Virus record (IMG/VR): IMGVR_UViG_3300031851_005582
Coordinates: 1 to 25,491 of that record
Direction: 5' to 3' (one strand)
DNA from: a virus
Lineage: Duplodnaviria; Caudoviricetes
Length of the DNA stretch: 25,491 nucleotides
How positions within the stretch are numbered: position 1 is the stretch's first letter; every line of letters starts with the position of its first letter. Below, in pieces: positions 17,459 to 25,491 of the stretch. The notes under the pieces are model-generated. The model saw only the letters and a program-made list of their open reading frames with translations. It did not search any database and had not been told where the DNA came from. A program made the translations under genes and the position numbers.

Positions 17459-17719
17459 ATGTCGAATGATAAACCAGACACTAGAGAGTTAGCCCTAGTT
17501 GATAAACAAGGTAAGTACAGTAGAGAAATACTACTCCATGAGGTATTAGATAGATCTTACCTATGTGGTATGCTGGTAGAGGAATCCCTGGTAAATCACC
17601 CTCACTTCAAAGAAGATGGTCTAGGTAAAGTCAAAGCAGAAGAGGCACTCGCGGCCCTATGGAGCTTGTACCTCTACCTAAAGTCTGAGGAGCATAAAGC
17701 TACTGGTGATAAAACTTAA
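17459..17719 (+). CDS. Small hypothetical protein
   Basis: 86-aa ORF with AAGG SD directly after the array; its 3' end overlaps the terminase 3' end by 20 nt. Confidence 0.6.
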   Translation: MSNDKPDTRELALVDKQGKYSREILLHEVLDRSYLCGMLVEESLVNHPHFKEDGLGKVKAEEALAALWSLYLYLKSEEHKATGDKT

Positions 17720-19211
17720 GGTCGTGGCTAAGTATCTTGCAAGCCACCCATGAGAATACAGCAGCATGTAGACAGTCGTCGGGGGCATTTGGGGAATGGC
17801 GCCATACTTTCTTACCCGAGGGCATTACTTCCTCATAGAGAGCTAGCATATCCTCAAAGGCCTCCTGCATATGTGCCTTCTCGAGGAATTGTATCCGACC
17901 TTGCTTAACGTCCAGGAAGAAGCAGTCAATTAGGGTAGTGCGGTCAGCCATGTATCGGTCTACTCCGTTCCAGTTAAGAGGTTTTGAATTAGACCCATAC
18001 TGGAGTTGATATAGAGGCTTGCCTTGCATCTTTTTAGTTAGTAAGGAGTTGGCTAGAGCGCCTTCTCCGGCGTCTCCTATTATTAGGTTTACACCATATT
18101 CATGGAAGGTTTGGGCTATGCGATCCACTGCGTCTACTGGATTAACGTCCCTGTAAATACAGTAGTGGTGCATGATAAACCTTCCTCCGGGAGATCTAGA
18201 GAAGATCCAGCTAACTGTGCGACTAAGACCTTTGCTTCCTCCACCACTCCAATCGACTCCCCCACAGATAAAACCTGCGGGAGATTGCCTCGGCTTACAT
18301 GCTGAGAGAAGGTCTTCTAAAGAGACCAGTCGAGATCCTACGGAGTCACTGACTCCCATAACCTCATTTTTAAATTTACTCTCCGAGTAAGTATCTAGCT
18401 TATTGAGAATACGTCCCCAACGGATTTTCTCTCGATTAGCTGGTAGTATAACTTGAGGTACGTGGAATGCTTTGGTGTAGTATGAATCCTTCATATCTAC
18501 CCATATGCCGTTCCTAGGATCAACATATTTGGAGCAGTGGAGGCACTCTAAGCCTTCTTTACCGATACCTTTAGAGGAACGGTAGAAAGAATACTTGGAA
18601 CAGGAATCACATTTTATACACCACTCTGACTGGGAGCTATTATCCCAGATGAATTGTATAGTGTTTTCCTGAGTTTTAGGAGTACCCATGTACGATACAA
18701 ATCCGAACTTGGAGTTAGCTAGGCATTCATTAACCACAGGTACTACAGCCTCGTAGTCTATGTCTTGGACCTCGTCGTATATGACACGGTCAGCAGACAC
18801 ACCTCGGACACGATCGGGGTCATCAGAGGCATAGTTAAAAATAAGCTCTGAACCGTTACCGAGGACTTTAAGAAATACATTGTCCGAGGTAACTGCTCCC
18901 ATAAGCTGCTTAACTACAGGACTATGCCTTACTAGTTTAGACACGCGGGTATTAGAAAAGGTACTAGTCTGCTTGAGGGTAGGAGCTATATATAGTGTCT
19001 TGAAGTGAGGTATTGCGATACTCTCACAGACACTAAAAGCAGCTGCAGAAACAGACTTACCGACCTGACGGCCACACATTAACAGTGTGCTAGGCCATTC
19101 TCCTTTATACAGGGAGTTATAGAACGGATAGTCATTTAAAGAGAACTGTTCGCCATCCAACATTAGGGTGGCCTCAGCTAGAGTTTTCCGATCACAGGAT
19201 AAATCATCCAT
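17700..19211 (-). CDS. terL: Terminase large subunit
   Basis: Walker A CGRQVGKS; RVRGVSADRVIYDEVQD (Walker B); GTPK motif; CDSC...CLHC Zn finger as in lambda gpA-like terminases; RNase H-like nuclease GGVDWSGG, IGDAG, PDDCLHA. Confidence 0.92.
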   Translation of the reverse strand: MDDLSCDRKTLAEATLMLDGEQFSLNDYPFYNSLYKGEWPSTLLMCGRQVGKSVSAAAFSVCESIAIPHFKTLYIAPTLKQTSTFSNTRVSKLVRHSPVVKQLMGAVTSDNVFLKVLGNGSELIFNYASDDPDRVRGVSADRVIYDEVQDIDYEAVVPVVNECLANSKFGFVSYMGTPKTQENTIQFIWDNSSQSEWCIKCDSCSKYSFYRSSKGIGKEGLECLHCSKYVDPRNGIWVDMKDSYYTKAFHVPQVILPANREKIRWGRILNKLDTYSESKFKNEVMGVSDSVGSRLVSLEDLLSACKPRQSPAGFICGGVDWSGGGSKGLSRTVSWIFSRSPGGRFIMHHYCIYRDVNPVDAVDRIAQTFHEYGVNLIIGDAGEGALANSLLTKKMQGKPLYQLQYGSNSKPLNWNGVDRYMADRTTLIDCFFLDVKQGRIQFLEKAHMQEAFEDMLALYEEVMPSGKKVWRHSPNAPDDCLHAAVFSWVACKILSHDLKFYHQ

Positions 19212-19239
19212 TTTTTACACCTTAGGAAATAAACATCAT

Positions 19240-20379
19240 ATGAGTAATAATACACAGAAAAATTATGCCGATACAATCGGTATAAGCCGAGTTAGCATTT
19301 CAGATAGCCACAAAGTAACCCTGCCTATACTTAAGGCCGGAGGCGTAGTATGTTGGCACGGAGAAGCTGGTATTGGTAAAACAGCGGGCGCAGGGCAGAT
19401 AGCGGATGCCCTCAGGGCGGTACTGGTAGCGAATACGGTATCTCACATGCAGGCCGCTGATTTCGGTATTCCTTATCGAGACCCACAGGATAAGCAATTC
19501 TTTCAAATGCTGCTGCCTCCTTGGACTAAAAAGATCTTTGAAGCGCAGAAAGCTGGTAAGCCTAGCCTTGTGTTCTTTGACGAGATCACCCGATACCAGG
19601 ACGCAGAAACGGCGTCTGGCCTGTTTAACTTTATTAGTGAACGTAGTATCTATGGGGTAGACCTACCTGAAGACTGCTATATCATGGCAGCCTGTAACCC
19701 CGACAATGGGTCGTATCAGGTAAATGATATCTTAAACGATCCTGCGTGGCGTAGACGTCTGTGCCATATGGAGGTTACCACAGACGTGTCAGGCTGGTTA
19801 GCATATGCTAGAGAAAAAGAGTACCACAAGTGGGTTATAGACTATGTGAGCTCTAATCTGGAGAAGCTGTTAGACGAAAAGGCTAGGGCGGCTGGTAAAA
19901 TCTATGCCACCCCAGCTAGCTGGGAAAAAGTAAGTCGGTTCCTACAGGTTAACGATGACTTACTTAACCCTGTGGCTATCAGTACTTATGTAGGTTACCA
20001 AACAGCAAGTGACTTCGTGAACTTCACTCAGGATAGCGAGTTCAAGCTGCCACCTGAGACGGTTCTTAATGACTGGGCTACTACTGCCAGTACTCTCAAG
20101 AGAATTGAGGCAGCAGGTCGAAAGGACTTGATCACCAGAGTAGTGACATCGACGATGTTATATATCTACGGTACTAAGCCTGATCCTCAGCATATAGTTA
20201 GCAACCTATGTAGATTCTGGGCACACATCGACGACGACGTTAAGGTAAAGATGTGTACCGAGCTGTGGTCGCGCAACGATGGCACAGACAATTATTACAA
20301 GATGTTGATCTCGGCTCTTAAACCGAACAACCTCTGGAAGACAAAAATCTTCCCTGTAGTTAGTCACTGCCTTAACTAG
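19240..20379 (+). CDS. MoxR/dynein-related AAA+ ATPase
   Basis: Walker A GEAGIGKT, Walker B FFDEITR, AACNP sensor, DPAWRRR arginine finger. ATG 19240 with AGGA SD preferred over 19168. Confidence 0.88.
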   Translation: MSNNTQKNYADTIGISRVSISDSHKVTLPILKAGGVVCWHGEAGIGKTAGAGQIADALRAVLVANTVSHMQAADFGIPYRDPQDKQFFQMLLPPWTKKIFEAQKAGKPSLVFFDEITRYQDAETASGLFNFISERSIYGVDLPEDCYIMAACNPDNGSYQVNDILNDPAWRRRLCHMEVTTDVSGWLAYAREKEYHKWVIDYVSSNLEKLLDEKARAAGKIYATPASWEKVSRFLQVNDDLLNPVAISTYVGYQTASDFVNFTQDSEFKLPPETVLNDWATTASTLKRIEAAGRKDLITRVVTSTMLYIYGTKPDPQHIVSNLCRFWAHIDDDVKVKMCTELWSRNDGTDNYYKMLISALKPNNLWKTKIFPVVSHCLN

Positions 20380-20404
20380 GTAAGAATTTAAAGTTGGTAG
20401 GGGC

Positions 20405-21055
20405 CTAGGAAGATGGGTCTGTTTTTAGCAGGCTCATTTTTTTAGCTCTGATAGATACCATGCTCTTAACATAAGAAGTTACTTCGTCCAATTTACGCTT
20501 AGTTACGGGATTACCCACTAGCTCTGATAGTTCAACTGATTTATCATAGAACCTCTCAAGTTGATCTGCGCATAAGCTCAGTTCTTCGGGACACTCAGGG
20601 AATCCGTGATCAAATAAACACCCTGCCATGTAAATCTTGGGGTCTTCCCCATATAGAGGCTCTATTGTAGATACGTTATTGTATAAGCTATTTAAATAGT
20701 TAAGCTCGTTTATAGCATAGGTTATCTGCGCGGGACTAAGAGGTTCCCATATCTCAGGAACTGCTAGACTACCGTTAATAGTTTGAGCTACAGCCATAAA
20801 AGCCCCTGCTTCCCATAGATGTGCTGGGTTAGCTAAACAAGCTATCCCTGCCAGTAGCCTATCCCTAGCTTCAGCGCTAGGTAGACTATTCTCATCCTCT
20901 AACTCATCTAGGGTAGTATCTATCTCCCACACAAAACAAGCCCCTCCTGTTAGAGCATCGCAAGCTGCTACTAAGCAGGATAGCGGTACCAGGCCTGGGT
21001 CTTTTAGTAGGCTCACTGCTGCTTCTTTAGATAGTTTAGAGGCTATGGATTGCAT
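20405..21055 (-). CDS. Hypothetical protein (possible virion/morphogenesis)
   Basis: 216-aa ORF, start overlaps the upstream stop by 1 nt; same strand as portal and terminase. Confidence 0.65.
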   Translation of the reverse strand: MQSIASKLSKEAAVSLLKDPGLVPLSCLVAACDALTGGACFVWEIDTTLDELEDENSLPSAEARDRLLAGIACLANPAHLWEAGAFMAVAQTINGSLAVPEIWEPLSPAQITYAINELNYLNSLYNNVSTIEPLYGEDPKIYMAGCLFDHGFPECPEELSLCADQLERFYDKSVELSELVGNPVTKRKLDEVTSYVKSMVSIRAKKMSLLKTDPSS

Positions 21056-22035
21056 TATAGGTTTAACTCCTTAACTAGAGAATCTTTCATATCCTTAGGC
21101 AAGGTGTCTAGTATAGCACTAAGCTTATCAGGGGCTATCTCCCCCCCTTCTGTTATCTCGTCTACTATATCAGAACCCAGTATGTCTCCGTAAGCCGCAG
21201 GAGGTACAGCCATTAGTTTTTCGAGAGGTATATCCTTACCACCTAAGTTTAGGGAAGGCTGCATAGCTGTCTTGGTGTTAAAAATAGTTTCTACAGGATC
21301 TGGTAAGTTACGACCGTAGTGTTTAGTAAAACCAGCTACTTTATCCAGCTTGTTTATTGCTGAAGATACCTTTATAAGGTCATCTCTAGTTATAGAATTG
21401 TCTACTTTAGCCATAACACTGGACAACTTAGTGAACGCCTCAGCCACCTTAGTATTAGTAGCTTTATGGGCTCTAGCTTCTAGCCAATCCCTAGCATACT
21501 TAGAATCACATTGGACTAGGCCTGCATACTTTAGAGTGCGGCTATTTACCTCTTCTCCTCGGGAGCGTGCTTCTTTTATAAGTTTTAATGAGGCTGAGGA
21601 TAGTGTTTTAGGGGCTAGTTTATTCTTGTTTCTAAACAAGGCTTGCTCTGCTAGCTTAATAGAAGTATTTTTGTTGAGATCCCATTTCTTCTGACCCTCT
21701 AGCAGGTAGTTAGGATCACGCTTAGTATGGGCCACCTTAGTAGTATTAAATAGATTGCGGTCTATCTTATACATATCCAAAGCTGTGTCTATTTCAGACA
21801 TAACTCCGTCCGCAAGATTTGCCACTTTTGTGGCATAAGCTTTTGACAGTATAGTATCTGCTGCTGAGTTAACTGGAAATCTTCTGTTAGCCCTATCGGC
21901 AAATGCTGCTGTATTTAGTGAGTTACGAACTTCCTCTCCGACTGAAGCTTTTTTTATTAGAGGCTTTATCTGAGGAAGGTCATTTAGTATCTCACGTAGT
22001 TTAGAGAAGGTAGTGTCATTATTTTGATCAATCAT
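21055..22035 (-). CDS. Hypothetical protein (possible head/scaffold-associated)
   Basis: 326-aa helical ORF with recurring K-x-A/S motifs; on the morphogenesis-gene strand. Confidence 0.65.
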   Translation of the reverse strand: MIDQNNDTTFSKLREILNDLPQIKPLIKKASVGEEVRNSLNTAAFADRANRRFPVNSAADTILSKAYATKVANLADGVMSEIDTALDMYKIDRNLFNTTKVAHTKRDPNYLLEGQKKWDLNKNTSIKLAEQALFRNKNKLAPKTLSSASLKLIKEARSRGEEVNSRTLKYAGLVQCDSKYARDWLEARAHKATNTKVAEAFTKLSSVMAKVDNSITRDDLIKVSSAINKLDKVAGFTKHYGRNLPDPVETIFNTKTAMQPSLNLGGKDIPLEKLMAVPPAAYGDILGSDIVDEITEGGEIAPDKLSAILDTLPKDMKDSLVKELNL

Positions 22036-22049
22036 AATGGAGACCCTTT

Positions 22050-23666
22050 ATGCGTCGTAAATTTCAAAAGCCCACGGCTAGGGCACAATTAAGTATAGCT
22101 GATAGTTACCATAGTTACCTAGGAACTCTTATGAGCACTGCTAGTACTTATAGAACATTTAATTTGTTCGCTGACATACTAAGCGGCTTACAGGTTAGAG
22201 AAGATAGTAATACTAAAACATTTTCCATACAAATTAGCAACGGTCACTATCTCATGAAGTACAGTCCTGAGATGGTAAACGAGCTGGATGTGTATGGGGC
22301 AGGTATTGTTATAGCGCATGAGCTAGGCCATGCTGCCCTAGGGCATATACCTAGAATGATTAGATTCTATGATATGTTAAAAGAAGATCCTGTAAAGCTG
22401 GCTAAAGCAGCTGCTGTTATACATGTTAGCGCAGATTACTCATTAAACAGTTGGCTGATTGACGGCTGTAGGATATTCTCGCTACAAGACTTGAAGTGTA
22501 GAGTAGGTACACCTACAGAAGATAGGGAGTACAATGGTACTCCTATGGGTTCTTACGCAGGTATACATCCTAGTGATGTAGGCCTGCCTAAGTTGAAATC
22601 CTTAGAGTGGTATGTAGAGGAGTTATCTTCAAGGATCATAGAAGAACCTTGGGATGTGAGCCGCCTAGTTAAGCCGGGAGATGATGAAGGTAACGGCGAT
22701 GGTGATGATAGCAGCGCAGGCGGTAAAGGAGAAGATGGAGAAGAAAAAGAAGAAGATGGTGGAAAAGGTGGTTTTATGGGTAAGCTGATGGAGGCTGCCG
22801 GTAAAATGACAGATGAACAGTTAGAGGAGCTTATGGGGGCTGCGGGCATTGACCCAGTAGGGGATATAGATAAACTAATGAACCCCGGAGAAGATGAGTC
22901 CGCTACCGAGTTAGCAGACAAGCTATCTAGGGAGTTTATTAAGCGTATGCAAGACTCTATGGAAACAGTGAAATCCCGAGGCACTGTACCCGGTAATATA
23001 GAACAGTGGTTAGAGGAGTTGACTCGTCCACCTGAAGTGGATTGGAAACAGGAACTCAGGAACTATGCTAAATCTGCTAAGCCATCGAGGAAGAAGACTA
23101 CTCTGGGTAGGCCCCGCAGAAGACACGTAATGTTGGAGGGGCTAGATACTTCTGATTACCCAGGTAAGCGTAAGAACCCCAGCTACAATATAGTCTTCGG
23201 TATAGATACTTCAGCCTCAGTTAGTAACTCCGAGCTAGAGGAGATCTTCGGCGAGCTTAGAGGTATATTAGATACTAATGAAGGTACTAATGTAACTGTC
23301 GTAGAATGCGACACTAATATAGGGCGTATCTATTCATTAGAAGAAGTTAGCGATATAGATACTAAAGTATCAGGTAGAGGAGGTACCTCTTTTGACCCCG
23401 TATTTCAATGGGTCAGAGGAAAACCTTGGTCAGAGGGTAGTAAAGATATTACTTGTTCTAAACAACCAGACCTATTTATATATGCCACTGATGGGGAGTG
23501 TAACTTACCTCCCCTAGATATCCGTATACCGCAGAATAAGATGTTATGGCTGATCTCCTCTAGGGGGACTATACCTGCAGAAGAGTATAGATGGGGTAAT
23601 CCCAAGCCCTCGGCTGTTAGCGGCTTCTGTGATTATGGGAGGTATATACAGGTATCAGGGAAGTGA
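22050..23666 (+). CDS. VWA-domain protein with an N-terminal HExxH metallopeptidase-like domain (DUF2201-like MoxR partner)
   Basis: AHELGH; acidic Gly-rich linker; VDWKQEL; MIDAS GIDTSASV; GRGGTSF; ATDGE. Confidence 0.88.
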   Translation: MRRKFQKPTARAQLSIADSYHSYLGTLMSTASTYRTFNLFADILSGLQVREDSNTKTFSIQISNGHYLMKYSPEMVNELDVYGAGIVIAHELGHAALGHIPRMIRFYDMLKEDPVKLAKAAAVIHVSADYSLNSWLIDGCRIFSLQDLKCRVGTPTEDREYNGTPMGSYAGIHPSDVGLPKLKSLEWYVEELSSRIIEEPWDVSRLVKPGDDEGNGDGDDSSAGGKGEDGEEKEEDGGKGGFMGKLMEAAGKMTDEQLEELMGAAGIDPVGDIDKLMNPGEDESATELADKLSREFIKRMQDSMETVKSRGTVPGNIEQWLEELTRPPEVDWKQELRNYAKSAKPSRKKTTLGRPRRRHVMLEGLDTSDYPGKRKNPSYNIVFGIDTSASVSNSELEEIFGELRGILDTNEGTNVTVVECDTNIGRIYSLEEVSDIDTKVSGRGGTSFDPVFQWVRGKPWSEGSKDITCSKQPDLFIYATDGECNLPPLDIRIPQNKMLWLISSRGTIPAEEYRWGNPKPSAVSGFCDYGRYIQVSGK

Positions 23667-23667
23667 T

Positions 23668-24207
23668 TTGAGTTACGAATTTAAAAAGATACCTAATGTA
23701 GAAGTTGCTATAGTTACGGTACCACAATCAGCCCGAGGTATGGTTACCATACCCGGCGTAGGGTGGACGGCAGCAGTAGAGATTATTCTATTTAAGGACG
23801 AGTTTTCCCTAGCTGATAATCTATCAGAGTTAGGTGACTGCTTTATAGTAGATAAATTCAAAGATATACCTGACTCAGGGATAGCTGGTAAACTAAGGGC
23901 TGCCATCTTATGTGATGCGCAATGGGAGACAAATGAAGTGTTTTACGCGGTACCCTTAGAGATGGTTAAGGGTGGTAGGTATAAGATGGATTCTTTAAGT
24001 GTAAGAGCCTCCTCTTCTTTATTTAAATGCTATAGCGCCACCTTATTTGATAGCGAGGTAGGTACTTTTAATTGCCTGGAGTCGTGTTCATTCCAGGTAG
24101 ATCATCTAATGGGTGGCTGCTCTTTAGGCGTTACCCAATGTTCGGAAGGACTGTATCATCATGTTTCCACAAACAAGGAGGCTACTGGCCAACAACCTGA
24201 GGACTAA
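23668..24207 (+). CDS. Hypothetical protein with a C-terminal Cys cluster, overlapping the RT start
   Basis: In-frame TTG 1 nt after the VWA stop, with AGGGA SD; CLESC-x10-C-x6-C. Confidence 0.65.
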   Translation: MSYEFKKIPNVEVAIVTVPQSARGMVTIPGVGWTAAVEIILFKDEFSLADNLSELGDCFIVDKFKDIPDSGIAGKLRAAILCDAQWETNEVFYAVPLEMVKGGRYKMDSLSVRASSSLFKCYSATLFDSEVGTFNCLESCSFQVDHLMGGCSLGVTQCSEGLYHHVSTNKEATGQQPED

Positions 24208-25135
24208 CACTAAAAGGCTCACGTATATAGCTACGGAGTTAAAAGAAAATAGTGATTTGTTCTATAGTGAGATTAGGATCCCAAAAGGGAGAGGTAGGTA
24301 CAGGGTAGTGTATAAGGTAGCCCCAGGACTAGCGCATCTGCATAGCTTATTAAAGCGTTTACTAGAGAGGCTGATACCAGCTACTGGTACTAGCTACGCC
24401 TATGAAACAGGTGTCAAGTTAAGTGACACCGCCACTCGTATGCAGGCTCATAAACTGTTAGTGTCGTTAGATTTCAAGAATCACTTCACATCGGTATCGA
24501 TGTGGCAGGTAACCAAGATGCTAGAACATCATGGGGCTCCTAAAGAGATCGCTTTCCTAATAGCTAGACTGTGCTGTATTACTAAAGGTAAGAGAAGTTT
24601 CCTACCTCAAGGCAGTGTGGTGAGTCCACTATTAAGCAATAGAGTTAGTGAACACTTACTAGATCCTAAGTTAGCCGAGGAATACCCTGAGGCTAAGATA
24701 ACTAGGTACAGTGACAATCTCTATATAGCCTTTGCCAGCAATGAGGTTAGCGGAGTTAAAGTACTAGGGGTTATAAAAAAACTAGTTAGAGATGCTACGG
24801 GGTGGAAGTGCCATAAATGTAGGGTAATGCCTTACTATAGACAGCAGCGGGGATTGGGCCTGGTATTAAATGAGAAAGCAAATATGCCTAGGAGTAAATA
24901 CCTTAGCATGAAAGCTATCATCTTTAACCTAGCCAATAAGGAACAGAACGAGCAACTTACTAAGGCTAAGGTTACTGGGTATCCCGGGGTGGAGACTGTA
25001 GTTGAGTTGATAGATAAACTAAACCATCAATTAGTATACTGGAAACAGTTTCTAACTGAGTCTAAATTCACCAAGCTGAAGAGTAATCTTCAGCTAGCGG
25101 AGGAAAAATGCAATATAGAACAGCAGCTAGGCTAA
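24161..25135 (+). CDS. Retron-like reverse transcriptase (atypical YSDN motif)
   Basis: IRIPKGRGRYRVV (domain 1), SYAY, LDFKNHFTSV (domain 3), LPQGSVVSPLLSN (domain 4), ITRYSDNL (domain 5), QRGLGLVLN (domain 7, VTG-like). 324 aa, no maturase or Cas1 fusion. Confidence 0.88.
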   Translation: MFPQTRRLLANNLRTNTKRLTYIATELKENSDLFYSEIRIPKGRGRYRVVYKVAPGLAHLHSLLKRLLERLIPATGTSYAYETGVKLSDTATRMQAHKLLVSLDFKNHFTSVSMWQVTKMLEHHGAPKEIAFLIARLCCITKGKRSFLPQGSVVSPLLSNRVSEHLLDPKLAEEYPEAKITRYSDNLYIAFASNEVSGVKVLGVIKKLVRDATGWKCHKCRVMPYYRQQRGLGLVLNEKANMPRSKYLSMKAIIFNLANKEQNEQLTKAKVTGYPGVETVVELIDKLNHQLVYWKQFLTESKFTKLKSNLQLAEEKCNIEQQLG

Positions 25136-25491
25136 CAGATGTTAGGCTACAAGTTAGTGGATCTAAGTACTTGTACTGCGATACAGAGACACTGCTACCT
25201 ACAGGTAGTTCCGTAAACTGGGGCAGAGCGTTTAATCTATACTCTAGTATTGACGAAGAGGCTGTGTTCCTCTCTACAGAAGAAGACGAGGCTTTACTTA
25301 AGGTACTCTTAGCTAGGCATGATTTTGTAATTAGTTTGAAATCTTCGGATTACGCTATATACCAGTCCACTTTAGAACTAGTGCTTAATACAAAGTTTAA
25401 AGACTTCAGAGAGTCGGCTCTTGGTGGAAATACTATAGGGAACTTCATATTAAGAGCCTGTGTTCATAACAAATCTAAACCCGTTACCCAA
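25108..25491 (+). CDS. Hypothetical protein downstream of the RT (3'-truncated; absent from the ORF track)
   Basis: ATG 25108 with GGAGGA SD, overlapping the RT end. Frame open to the window end: MQYRTAARLTDVRLQVSGSKYLYCDTETLLPTGSSVNWGRAFNLY... Confidence 0.7.
   Translation, partial: MQYRTAARLTDVRLQVSGSKYLYCDTETLLPTGSSVNWGRAFNLYSSIDEEAVFLSTEEDEALLKVLLARHDFVISLKSSDYAIYQSTLELVLNTKFKDFRESALGGNTIGNFILRACVHNKSKPVTQ

Noticed and set aside
33-23906. Short opposite-strand or nested ORFs in the track (e.g. 33..626, 7131..7442, 11580..11924, 21350..21694, 22553..22984)
   Set aside because: They are shadows lying within well-supported genes, with Ser/Leu-rich antisense composition and no motifs.
24161-25135. 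Group II intron, DGR or CRISPR-associated RT
   Set aside because: Too short, with no maturase/endonuclease or Cas1 fusion; no intron flanks (neighbours overlap it); no TR/VR pair with A-specific mismatches seen in the window.
1-25491. Stop-codon reassignment (TAG recoding seen in some large phages)
   Set aside because: Genes are full length under the standard code, and several end at TAG right before the next feature (5750, 7613, 16592).

Overview
A segment of a large dsDNA tailed-phage genome. The + strand carries replication and recombination genes: SNF2-like helicase, two Cas4/RecB-like PD-(D/E)XK nucleases, ParB-like protein, SSB-like protein, fused primase-helicase, family A DNA polymerase with an N-terminal UDG-like domain, a MoxR AAA+/VWA pair and a retron-like reverse transcriptase. 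Interleaved on the - strand are the portal, terminase large subunit, a sigma70-family factor and two possible head proteins. The main discovery is the ~870-nt gap after the polymerase (16593-17458). It holds a tandem array of six structured RNA units of 95-159 nt with shared architecture: terminal inverted repeat, unpaired G of a GCT motif opposite another G, a hairpin with a G-TWA-C tip at fixed spacing, a variable structured middle, and an ACAYT(G)TYG motif. This closely matches the retron msr-msd layout. A retron-like RT with an atypical YSDN motif and no room for its own ncRNA lies ~6.7 kb downstream. Together these suggest a phage system in which one RT serves an array of different template RNAs; that link is inferred, not shown. 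All calls are by eye from motifs; no searches were run.
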